Shown here in pieces: positions 1 to 11,800 of a stretch of DNA of 64,000 nucleotides. This stretch comes from Rhynchobatus australiae. Lineage: Eukaryota. Both the position numbers and the translations under genes were made by a program. The stretch is taken from assembly GCA_034780895.1 (NCBI GenBank), contig JAUZTB010000073.1, forward strand, positions 14,102,485-14,166,484. Direction: 5' to 3'. Within the stretch, counting starts at the first letter, position 1, and each line of letters starts with the position of its first letter. Under the pieces are notes generated by a model. It was not told the DNA's origin. It made no database searches and saw only the letters and a program-made list of their open reading frames with translations.

Positions 1-54
1 TCATTCTCCTGTTACAAGGTTTGAAACAAATCGACAATGTAGTGTCATTCAGTC

Positions 55-390
55 GGCCAATAGGCAGTGCCGGTTTTCCCTCATGGTTGCCCTGAACACT
101 GACCGTTCAGGAAATAAGCATCTTCATCGTGGTTTTTTTGTTTGTTTTCATTGCGCTCAGGAAGGAATATTTCTGACTTTCACAAGGGCGGGTGGGGTGG
201 CTAAAAAGGACAAAATAAAAAGAAAGAAAACTCTGACCAGCTTGCAACCCACCTGAAGCAGGAAGAGCCCACAGCAACTGAGGTTGTGATGAAATTCAGG
301 CCTCGTTCCTTGCCCTTCTAACCAGAAACTGAGTAAAGAGAGAGCAAGTTCCACAGTTGGGAATAAACAGGAAATAACACAGGAAACATA
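55..390. promoter_or_regulatory. Candidate promoter/enhancer: CCAAT box, GC box and five ETS-type CAGGAA sites
   Basis: CCAAT at 57-61; GGGCGGGTGGGGTGG at 186-200; CAGGAA at 108, 158, 259, 368 and 380. Motif evidence only. Confidence 0.4.
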
Positions 391-525
391 AAAGTAACAA
401 CACTGAGTATGAAGGCAATGATGGAGGGGAATGAAGGTTCCAAGTATTGTATTCCCCTTTAAAGGAAAAATGAGATTAAAAGCCCCACCTGCTGCCCCCC
501 TTTCAGACATGGATTCAACCCTTAC

Positions 526-571
526 CTATTGAGGTGTTGAGGACCTGGTCACAACAACACTGCCGTGATAG
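526..571 (-). other. Candidate 46-bp exon of an unidentified minus-strand transcript
   Basis: Minus strand reads ttaactgctttgtttttgattaatctcag | exon | gtaagg (branch-like TTAAC, T-rich tract, AG, AG|GTAAG donor). No recognisable product. Confidence 0.3.
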
Positions 572-2501
572 CTGAGATTAATCAAAAACAAAGCAGTTAA
601 GACTCTGAATGATCCATTTAATTTGAAGAAAATTCATTAAACGAATGACGACATTCAGGTACACGAGAAGAATGCTCAATAATGTCAGTGGGTTCCACAT
701 ACACAGCATCTGACATCAATGAAAATGAAACAGGAACCTGAACAAACGAAAAGACACTGTCATTTTTACTATTGCAGAGTTCTCACGCACAATGACGAGA
801 CATGATAGCTTTACCTGCAGCTCACTCAGGATAGAGTTCATTGAGAAAAGGGAATAGAGGAACACACATGCGGTGACTGAGAACTTCAGGCAGCCTAGGG
901 TTACAACATTTCAAGATTATCATCACTCTTCCAGCTCGCGTTATCACACCCTGAATGACGGGATGAGAACTGAGCCATGATTCCAGGAGTTCAAATTGTA
1001 GAAAAGTACTAATTGAAATAAGCAATACTAAATCAAAGTATGTTTCCTGACATTCCCTCCTTCAATGAAGAAGAGAAGAGTATATCGCAGTGCATGGAGT
1101 CACAAATGTAAAGGTACAGCTTCCTTTTGTAGTTCCTTCAGAGCTCTATCCAATACGTCGTTCATTTCCATTTCAATGGTCTTTCATAAAAAAATCATGT
1201 TAATTTCCTTTATGGTTCCAATTCATTCTTCATTAGCTAGAATCCTTAATTAAATAGCACTTGCAGAGGTTCAATATATTTCCCACTGTGTTCATCAACA
1301 AAATGGGAAGTAATTTTCTTTGCACTTATGAGGAGTCAAAGAAACAATGCTGAGTCAAGTTGACACACAATTATTACACTGCCTCCCACACTGGTCCAAA
1401 AATGCTGTTACTTCATAGTTTTGCTTCCAACCCTGACGGCAACCAGCGTGAGGTTCACATTCTTCAGTGGCAATACAATAATGTTAAGGGGAATTATGTC
1501 CTTGGTGTTCAAGATCACTAAAATTTACTGCATTTGTTGCTATTAACACGCAAGGAATGGAAGACAACCTTTCCATTTCTGGGGTTACTGTTCCTCTTGA
1601 GTTTGAATTCAGCCCAGGGCTGAATTGCAGTTATTCCAACAATTCTGAATAACATGCCACTCAGAGCTAAAGATCTTGTAGTATGGACTTAAGATTGGTG
1701 GGCATATCTCAGGACTTCTATCCAAGCCCTTTTACCTTAGATGCCGAGGCTTAAATTTCCATATTGAAGATTATTCTCCTGNNNNNNNNNNNNNNNNNNN
1801 NNNNNNNNNNNNNNNNNNNNNNNNNNNNNNNNNNNNNNNNNNNNNNNNNNNNNNNNNNNNNNNNNNNNNNNNNNNNNNNNNNNNNNNNNNNNNNNNNNNN
1901 NNNNNNNNNNNNNNNNNNNNNNNNNNNNNNNNNNNNNNNNNNNNNNNNNNNNNNNNNNNATAAATACTAAGTGACTATATAAGTGTTTAGAGCAAGTAAA
2001 TCTGACATCAGTTATTGCAACGTTTATGCCAGTATATTAAGAGTACAAGGCAACTATCAGTCTGTCTATTTAAGAAAAAGAAATGTCCACAAGGCGAATG
2101 TCATTGCTATTTCTGTACCTTACCATTGGATATTGGATACTGTGCCTAAGAGACTTGGTATTACCAAGTGAAAGCCAATTACCAGACTCAAAATAAAGTA
2201 AAAGATTAAAAATTTCCCAGATCTCTGCGGGGAACGTCAAAGATTTGCACTAAACGTTCTGGCTTTCTGACTGCACATGTGGTGTATCCAATTGGTTTGG
2301 TACGAGCGATTGACATGACATAAGTTTCCTCTCTGACACCTTAATAAATATGTTGCCAACTAATTCAAAATCGAATCTGCAGCTCTTTTGCTGACAAGAA
2401 CAATTATTTAATTCTTTATTTTAGCCACACTTTAAAATGAAGAATTATGTGATTGTCACAGTGCATTATTTATTTTCTTGCATACTGATTCATGAAGGAT
2501 A

Positions 2502-2551
2502 ACACTTTCATAAACATGTAATGTAGACACTTTCATAAACATGTAATGTAG
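2502..2551. repeat. Perfect 25-bp tandem duplication
   Basis: acactttcataaacatgtaatgtag occurs twice, at 2502-2526 and 2527-2551. Confidence 0.95.
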
Positions 2552-3626
2552 GAATTGAGAAAATAACAACTACTAACAGAAAAGACACATAATAACTGAA
2601 CTATACACAACACTCGATCAAGCCTTCAAATGGTAAGCCTGATCTTGCTGATAACTTGCTAACTGCAGGTGCTCTGTGAATACTGTTACATTGTACTGTG
2701 TACAATTACACATACAGTTTAAATTCAATGCAATATAGGGACAGCATTCTCTTTAGTTGTTTATCAAGGAGTCTAAAAATGTGATGTCCAGTCAAATGCA
2801 ACAAAAGTGGCAATGTCTGATCTTTCATGGTTAAAGGCAGATGATTTTACAGATAAGAACTGTAGAAGAGTACCGTATATACAAGAACAAGTGGTCATGG
2901 ATTTTGGCACCATTTGATCTGGAAGATCATTATCAGTATTTAAAATCCAGAATAGTAAATCCTAGTGCACAGCATCTGTCAGTGCTATAATAAGGAAGCA
3001 CAATATGCACCCTATTTGGCAAAGATCACCCTGCCAATATTTCCACATTTCCACCAAAAAGACNNNNNNNNNNNNNNNNNNNNNNNNNNNNNNNNNNNNN
3101 NNNNNNNNNNNNNNNNNNNNNNNNNNNNNNNNNNNNNNNNNNNNNNNNNNNNNNNNNNNNNNNNNNNNNNNNNNNNNNNNNNNNNNGCTCCCACGGGGGG
3201 TCGCCCGGGGGGCTGATGGGTCTGGAGTTGTATTAGAAAATGGGACTCCCAAAAAATGAAAGAGATCTTGCTAAGGAAGTTCAGCTGGGCTTTTGAATGT
3301 GGGGATGCTTTCAGAATTACATCTCTGTGATGGGACACTGTAACCAAGGATCTTCTAGATTTTGTAACGTGATGGCTTAATCAGGAAGGTGTGCTATATT
3401 TCAGACAGCTCATATTCATTCAGGTTCTGGCTCAGGTGGAGAATTCAATCAGTTTTACAGTAGCCTTCCCACATAGTTAACTCTCCAAGCCAATAGTCAA
3501 AGAATCCCTGGCAAAAATGGAATTTGAAAATTAAGTTTTATATTGGTAGGCTATATAGTTTCACCTCAGCAGTAGACAAAGGTGGGGGGGGGGTGGTTCT
3601 GAGTCTTGGCTTTTGGGATGTGATCC

Positions 3627-4010
3627 AAGAACATAAGAAAATAGGAGCAGGAGTCGGCCACTTACTGTCTCTTCTGCTCCACCATTCAGTGTGATCAGGC
3701 TAATCTGCTCCATCCTCAACTGCTCGTCTATGCCAGTTCCATATGTCCCTCAATCCCCCCCTTGTTCAAAATTCTATCTCCTCTTTAAATACTGCTAGTG
3801 ATCTAGCCTTTACTACTCTCCAGAGAGTCACGACCCTTTGTGAGAAGAAATTCCTATGTACACCAGTTTTAAGTAACCACCCCTTGTAACTAGTTCAGGA
3901 ATCTCCCACTAGTGCAAACATCTCCAAATCCACCTTGTCAAGTCCCCTTAGGATGCTATAACTTTCAAGATCACCCCTCATTCTTCTAAACTCCAAAGAA
4001 TACAAATCTA
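3627..4010 (-). mobile_element. CR1-type LINE 3' fragment
   Basis: Begins aagaacataagaaaataggagcaggagtcggcca, the reverse complement of the typical elasmobranch CR1 tail, followed by degenerate ORF2-end sequence. Confidence 0.75.
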
Positions 4011-5129
4011 GCAATTTTATGATGTCACTGTTCCAGAGTGAAAGAGTATATAGTCCATAATCAGGCAAATAAGAACTAGCCTAACATTAGGCTGACTTTA
4101 TAGTGAGGATAATGTATTCCCCACTGTCTCTGAATTCAGTTCTACTGACTTCAAAGGAACTAAATTTCAGAGTCAGAGTAAGAACACAATGCTGTAACTA
4201 TAAAGTGCATTTAGCTCCACTGACCAGGAATGAACTTCCAGTCACACTCGTACTTGGTTTTATTCTGCTGATAGGTTCCCATGTGTTTCAGACATCCAAG
4301 TGGGGGATTCATCTTGGGCTTGTCCTGAAGAGAAAGATACTGGATTTCAACTAATTTGATTCACTATATATTATGTCAAAGAATGGTTGAGAGCTCCGGA
4401 TACAGCAAAGTCTATGTGACCCAATGACATCCTGGCTGTAGTAGCCCAGAACTACAGTGCCCTTAGCCAAGCTACTGCGGTACAGCTACAATATAGACAT
4501 CCTCCAACAATGTACAAAATTGCCTAGATATGCCCTAAGTTCAGAAAGCAGGATCAATACAACTCAGTTAATTGTTCCCTTGTCAACCCACCATCAGCCA
4601 TCAATAAAGAGATGGACTGAATTATTGATCACACTCAAAAGCAGTCCGCTTACCTGTGCTCAGCTTGGTTTCTATTGCTTTGGTTCAAACATGTTCAAAA
4701 GAACTGAATTCTAAAGGTGAAGCGATAATTTACTGCCCTTGATATTTTGGTAACATTTGACAGTGTGTGGTATTAAGGGGCCCCGGTCATATTTAATTCG
4801 TTTTGGAAATGTGGAAAAAATTCTCTTCTGGCTGCTATAACTAGCTCAAAAAAGTTTGTGGTTGTTGGGGGTCAATTATTGCTGTAAGTTTTCATGGCAG
4901 TGCATCGACCAATCATCCTCAGCTCATTAATCTGCATCACCTGCTCTCCATCATGGAAACACTGGGGATCTTTGCTGATGATTGCACAGTGCTTGGTTCC
5001 ATTGGTAGCTCGTAATCATAAATTAATTGTAGGACGATTATGGAGTTCACAACCACACGCAAGAAGATCTGGATAATATTTAGGCTTGGCCCTGGCTTTT
5101 GTGCTCCACACTTTATAGGCAATGACAAA

Positions 5130-5710
5130 GACAATCTCCAAAAGAGGAGTTCAAGCAGCTCTACTGATTTTCAATGACAATAACATCACCGAATCCTCCA
5201 CCCTAGACATCCACTGGTGAAATATTCTGGCTACAGGAGCAGATTCAACACACTGGGTATTCTACTGCAATTAGCCAAATTCCTAATTTCCAAAAGTCTT
5301 GCCACCGATAAATTAAGTATGAGATGAAACTCTCCAATCAAGCAGCTTGGAGGAGAAACCAGTCCATTTGATAGACATTCCACTCACCGCCCTAACTCAC
5401 TCCCTCTACCATTGGCACTCAATATCTGCGATTTGTACCAGCCACAATATGCCCAGTGGTAACTTACCAACACTTCTTCAACATCATCTGCAAACCTATG
5501 ATCTTATCATCTGGAATGACAGGAAGCACATCGTGACATCACCACATTTTGTCCAAATAACACATTACCCCGGCTTGGAAATGCATTGTGTTCATAGCTG
5601 GCTCAAAACCCTACCAAACGGCATTGCAGGAGTTTTTTCTTCACTTGCCTCTGACTTATGGATGGACAATAAAAGGCGGCAGAAACAGCTAAGTCCACAT
5701 CTATGAATAT
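5130..5710 (+). mobile_element. Old degenerate CR1/L2-like LINE 3' fragment
   Basis: Resembles the common elasmobranch element (aacatcaccgaatcctccacc...cactccctctaccattggcac...ttatggatggacaataaa). A related copy appears at about 19590-21070. Confidence 0.55.
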
Positions 5711-6034
5711 ACTACAAAGAACTAAAAAGGCCAGACAATGTAATTGTAACACAACTTATCATCCCTCTTATTTAGAAATAAAACTATGAGAACTGTTGAA
5801 CTCATTTAACTTCAAGTTAAGCTGTGGATAGTGACCCTGTGGATAGCACAGATGAGCCTGTACACCTGCTTACAGGCAGTTCTTACATTCTGAAGCAGCA
5901 CTTCCAACAAATCCCAGAAATTAATTTAGTAAATNNNNNNNNNNNNNNNNNNNNNNNNNNNNNNNNNNNNNNNNNNNNNNNNNNNNNNNNNNNNNNNNNN
6001 NNNNNNNNNNNNNNNNNNNNNNNNNNNNNNNNNN

Positions 6035-6610
6035 GAAATTAATTTAGTAAATCTTCAATGCATGGTGTCATGTATACACTTCTTTAAATAAGGAGATACA
6101 ATATTTCTGATGTGGTCTTATCAATGCCCTCTAGTTGCTGCAAGACTTCCTTACAATCCTGTACCAATCTCCTTGCAATAAAGGCCAACTTCAGTTGTGT
6201 TCTGAATCACCTGTTGCACCTGAACGGCAACTTCACTGCTTCTTGTATGAAGTCACTTAATAGTCTCAAACATTTTAAATAAGATACTGCTTTTCACTTA
6301 TTCCTACCATAGTGAATAATCTCAAATTTCCCCATGCATCCATTTGACATCTTTTTGCCCATTCACTTAACCTATCTGTATCACTTTGTAGACTCTCTGA
6401 GTCCTCACAACTTGCACCTCTACCTTTATTTGCCCTGTCAGGAAACCTGTAAGTATTATACTTGATGTCCTTTAGTTGTCAAGAGATTGTAGGTAGCCAG
6501 GACACCAGCAGTGATCCCTGAGGCACCTTACTAGTTGTCAAAGTCCTGAACTTCCTGAGAATCTCCCTCGTGCAGTCCAACAGCACAATGACAGCGTTCT
6601 GATGTTTCCC
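6035..6610 (-). mobile_element. Degenerate CR1 ORF2 fragment
   Basis: Typical antisense CR1 RT-region text (cttgcaataaaggccaac, tttttgcccattcacttaacctatctgtatc, cagtgatccctgaggcacc). Confidence 0.7.
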
Positions 6611-7459
6611 AGCGGTTATGCGAGGGAATCTGCCTGCTGAACCTGTACATTGATCTGGCACAGTGGCTATCATCATTGCAATGAAGAAGGATGGCTCTGA
6701 GGGATACCGGCAAGCTTCGGTTAAATTACATTATTTTAATTATTTAACAAAAATATTTAATTTTTAGTTTAAATGCACTTGAGTGTTGTTAATTGCCTTT
6801 ATGTTTTCTGATTTTCCTAAGCATTTGTTTTGAATTTTTAAAAACACTTTAAATTTTAGAAGTGCCATTTTTGTACTTAGAGTAGCATGATAAATATTTA
6901 ATAACTTTTTTGCTTGTTTGCAAATGCTTGTGACTGTTAGGGACATTCACATTCATTTTAAAGATGTCGACTATTTTGTCAGCTTGAAAGCTATAAGGAG
7001 GTGTAGTTGTGGGGTGGGAGTGCGATGGCTTAGCCCAGTGTTTGAGCATTTCTGGGGGCAGAGCTTGCTATTTTCAGCAGAGCTGGTGGTACTGACCTCA
7101 GCTTCCCCTGGACAGGAGCTTGCTCTGGTGATCAAGTTGCCACTCCTGGCAAGAGTAAGGGAGGGAAATGGCGATCACAGGAGCAGCCCAACCCAGCCTG
7201 CGACTTTGCATTTTATGCTGTGGGAATACGTTCATCAACTCTTTTTATCATGTTACATCCTTAAAGAGTTATAATTAATTCAACACGAATTTCTTTTTAT
7301 AAAACCATGTTAATTCATGATATCCTTTTCTAATTGCACAATTTTCATTTTTTAAACATGGATTCTAGCATTTTCTTTAACACCTAATATTGGCTAAGCA
7401 GCTTATCTTTATCTTCNNNNNNNNNNNNNNNNNNNNNNNNNNNNNNNNNNNNNNNNNNA

Positions 7460-8290
7460 AATCTCGTGGGATAAATCCAGAACCTAAGGGATCTTGGGTG
7501 ATGACAACCTGTGCATCTAGTATCTCAGCAGCCTCCTTTTAGAATCTGAAAATGCAGGTCATCAGATCCAGAGAATTTGTTAGCCCTTCATCACATCAGT
7601 TTACCTAAAGATTTCCTCCAGTGAATTTAGTTGTTTCAAGTTCATTTCTCTCCTTTGCCCCTTGGTTAGTTACTTTTTTTGCCACATCTTTGCTAGCTGC
7701 TTACAGCTAGGTCCACCACTCAAAGTCCTCCTACCTATTCCATCCTATCGCTGCACCTTTCTTTTGTGTTTTCTGCCTCTTCCTCTTTCTTCATCCCTTC
7801 TTCTCTGCACGTTTCTTTATCTCTACCTCTTCTTAGTTCTGATGAAAGGACATTCACAGTTGCTGCTGGACCTGCTGAGTATTTCCCACTTTGTTTTATT
7901 ATTTTTTATTTGCTTTTAGCAACTTTGTTGTGAAGATGGATACAAAGAAAAGTTTCTTATCTCTGCAATTTCCTCACCACCATTTTAATTTCCTTGTCTC
8001 AGGTTCTATGAGACCAACTGTTACTTTTGCTGCTTTCTTCCTTTTAACATAATTGTACAAGTTGCAACAATATGCTTTAACATATTTCTTGCTAGTTTAT
8101 TCTCATATTTTATTTACAGCCTCTTTAGAATTATTTCAGTCTTCCTTTAGAAGCTAATGTTTCCAAAATTCTCCCAATCCTCAGCTCTAATGCTATTCCA
8201 AACCTTTTCTTTCAAACGTAATACAACCCTTAATTTCTTTACTAGCCAAGAAGAATTACTTTTCCAGTGGAAGTCTTTTGCCTAGAAATT
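7460..8290 (-). mobile_element. Degenerate CR1 ORF2 fragment interrupted by a Penelope-derived short repeat (about 7740-7920)
   Basis: Antisense CR1-like text (gaatctgaaaatgcaggtcatcagatccagagaatttg, tgtgaagatggatacaaag) surrounds gttctgatgaaagg...gctgctggacctgctgagtatttccc. Confidence 0.5.
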
Positions 8291-8570
8291 GGATTTCATG
8301 ATTTTTGATACACTAAACAGCTGCTGTGTTTAGCATCAATGCTCATTTGGGTCTCCTGCACAAAGTCATGAAACTGGCCAAAAAAGATGTTTGAAACAGC
8401 ATTAGGGTAGATTACATCCAGACACAAGAGCTAAAATGGGATCCATACAGTTTCTGATGGAGCAAGACTCAATTGAAAATCAATGCTGAAACTTTGCTGT
8501 ATACGAGGGATGTCCCACCCTTGGCATTTAGATCATAGCAACACATGCACCATAAGTTCATCCATACACA

Positions 8571-8836
8571 AGGGCAGCAGGTAGTGCAAATCCTGCTTTG
8601 ATTCTGACCTCCAATCTACATGTAGACTTTGCATGTTCTCCCTGTGACTGCGTGGATTTCCCCTGGGCGCTGCAGTTTCCTCCCACATCCTAAAGATGTG
8701 CTGGTTGTTAGGTTGGTTGACTACTGTAAATTATCCCCAGGTGAGACAATAGATTACAGGAAAATAAATGGGAGAATGGAATTGCTCTGAGACCCAACAT
8801 AGACTTGATAGAGTGAATGGCTTCCTTCTGCATTAG
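8571..8836 (+). mobile_element. tRNA-derived HE1/V-SINE-like element
   Basis: V-domain-like core tttgcatgttctccctgtgactgcgtggatttcccctgggcgctgcagtttcctcccacatcctaaagatgtgc, followed by a CR1-like tail. Confidence 0.75.
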
Positions 8837-11800
8837 NNNNNATATTTGAACTGCACAGTCTCTCCTACACCGCCCAATGAATAACGTTCCACTCTTTGCA
8901 CCACCTCCTCCGATAACAAGGTCCATCTCCTCTACGTTGGCAAAAAAAGGAAGTTTAGAGGGAGATTGCTCTCAATTTTAGTAGCTGACCCTGAAAGGGG
9001 AAATTAGCCTCAAGTCAATGCATGAAGTGTCTATAGAGTCCTGAATCTCCTTGAGTTATCTGAATTTCATCAGCTATGTTAATTATTAATGATTCCTTGT
9101 GAGTATTACACTCTTCATAAGTAGGACACAACCTCTTTCCAGAGAGGGCTTGACTGACTATCCAAAATACTTCTGAGGATTAATGGCATGAATGTCAAAG
9201 TCCTAAACTTCATGAGAGTATTATTGTATTACATCCCTCTTGCTTTGATCAGATTTAGACATCCCCATTACCACGTGTGCTGTTGTATCACTGTGACAGT
9301 GTGATACATGTAAATCTCTTCTGTCTTTGCAGGGTGTCATGAGAGGCTACCTGTTGTCCCTTNNNNNNNNNNNNNNNNNNNNNNNNNNNNNNNNNNNNNN
9401 NNNNNNNNNNNNNNNNNNNNNNNNNNNNNNNNNNNNNNNNNNNNNNNNNNNNNNNNNNNNNNTGTATCACTGTGACAGTGTGATAAATGTAAATCTCTAC
9501 TGACTTTGCAGGTGTCATGAGAGGCTACCTGTTGTCCCTTCCCCAGGAGTTAACTGTCTAGTTAACTGACAGTTAATTAGTTAACTGTCTGACACTGCTG
9601 TTCTATGTTCATACTTCCTAATCCAATTTTCATCTCATTCCTCATGCTCCATTTAAGTTTGAGGCTTTAGTTTCAGATTTACATTTGTTACTCTCAGTCT
9701 ATAGAAACTTTTGCCATAAGATTACTGATCAATCCTGTTTCATTACATACAGTCATATGTTACATTATCCATTCCCCAATTGGAGTTACAATGTATTGTT
9801 CGAGGAAATTGTCTTGAAAACATTCCATGACCTCATCCCCAAGACCACCTTTATCACTTTAATTTGATTTTGCAGAGCTTGTCCTTTTATAATCTTGGCT
9901 CTTCAAATAAAAGATAATGAGTGAAAACATGATTACACCAGCAAAACTACTCTCATTTCAACAAAAGTATTCAGTTTTCAATTTGTTGTGTATCATACCT
10001 GTAACTAGATTATTTAATTATACCAACTTCTACTCAGGATGGAAAAAAATTGAACAAGGATGAGCAAATTTGTACTAAAAGTAGATGACATGAAAATATA
10101 TATGCAAGTTTAATGGTGAATGGGCAGCTATTTAGAAAATGTACATACATTAAAGGTCATTCAACATTCCCATGATTAAAACTGGGGCAGGCATCTAAAT
10201 TCCTAGTCATTGAATCTATATTCACTATTTTTGCAGCAGGAATATTGGTTGTTTGTAACAACTTTATGGTCTGTGCAGGGGACCAGCCAGAGTAGAAAAT
10301 CAAAATACTAACTGAATCCTGTGTTTCTAATACATATTGTAAAATGATGCCAGTAGTATTAATTAAAAGAGCAGCTGATAAGCTTTCAAAATTAAAAAAT
10401 ACAAAACAGATCTTAGGTAAAGGTTATTGACTGATCCTGTGATATAGAAATGAATTTAAGATATTTTTGTTTTAATTTGTTTCAGGAAAAGTGAACAATA
10501 AGATTTCATAATGAGTAGGGTAGAAGTTATAAATTGACTTTAATCAGCTCTAGAATTGGAACCTGCACAGCAAATGCACAACTTGATATGAAAATAAGAA
10601 ATCTTGACACCAAATCTAGATACTGTAAACATTTAACAGAGTATTTAATCTGGCCATTTAGGTATCCTCTACTCTACTCAATTCCTTTGTACACATGCTA
10701 TATTAGCCTTTCTCATCCACTCATCCAATTTCTGTAAACCTAGACTTGAACATCAAGCCAGCCTGAGAAAAGCTCTACTGTTAAACTGCACTTTGCTTTC
10801 TTTCTTTCAATACAAAATCACTGAACTCTCAGATGATACCTTGGACGTTCATTTTCCAGTTTCAGAAAATTTGAATTTTTAAAATAGAAAAAAATACATA
10901 TATACATCTCCATATAAATACATAACCATNNNNNNNNNNNNNNNNNNNNNNNNNNNNNNNNNNNNNNNNNNNNNNNNNNNNNNNNNNNNNNNNNNNNNNN
11001 NNNNNNNNNNNNNNNNNNNNNNNNNNNNNNNNACAGCACTGGTTAGAAAGTTACATCAGGTAATCTATGCTACTTAAAGGCTCCGTTTTGGAGGAGATGG
11101 ATACCATTTTCATGTAACTACAGCAGCAGCTTTCTGGAAATGGTCTGAATCAACTCAGGTTCATTACAGCTTTCTCTGGCTGGTAGAAGTTGGAGTAAAA
11201 AGACAGTTGTCTGTTCATGTTTAGTTCTGTCCTTCTGATCAATACATCTGCCATATTGGGAGAGGTTTTCTTTTACCTCCTCTAGATGTATTCAGACAGA
11301 CATTTTCTGTTATGCCATAAGCCCAACATATACAAAAATGAGTGAAAGCCGTGAATATCTCACCTTCTATGGAATGTTGAGCTCATTGTAAATTGGCAGT
11401 AAAGTTTGCAAGTAGCTGCAGGACCTGAGTTAATGGTCCAGATTACAGGGTAAAGCAGGAGGTTGTAGCTTAGAGGAAGGATTTTGAGAGGTGATCATCC
11501 TACTACTTAGCTCAGGTGATTGCGGCAAGGTCTTCTGCAGCCATTGCATCACCAGAATGTCAGCTGTAAATATGAATTCCTCCAATAAATATATATTTAC
11601 AAACTCTCCTGATTAGTTGGTACACTAGAACATGGTCAATAAAGGCAGGCTTTGACTACCTTGACAGTCACTTTTCCTCTTCTAGATATTTAGACTATCT
11701 CAGTTCTTATAAGTCTGAGCACTAGAATTGTACTTTCGAAGCAACCAACAAGTAATCCATGGGCAGTGAAGAAATTCTGATTATATCATTTCTTTCCTCT

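Noticed and set aside
3186-3262. Short GC-rich patch after a gap as a possible CpG island
   Set aside because: Only about 35 bp of homopolymer-rich GC at a contig edge; likely low-quality sequence.
5917-6052. 18-bp direct repeat gaaattaatttagtaaat flanking a 100-N gap, as a possible TSD
   Set aside because: Typical unmerged contig overlap around a placeholder gap.
11364-11564. Exon-like segment on the minus strand (tttacag ... GAAG|gtgaga)
   Set aside because: Joined to the big exon it gives GGC TGA, an immediate stop. The frames I read contain stops and show no homology, so it is indistinguishable from chance or UTR splicing.
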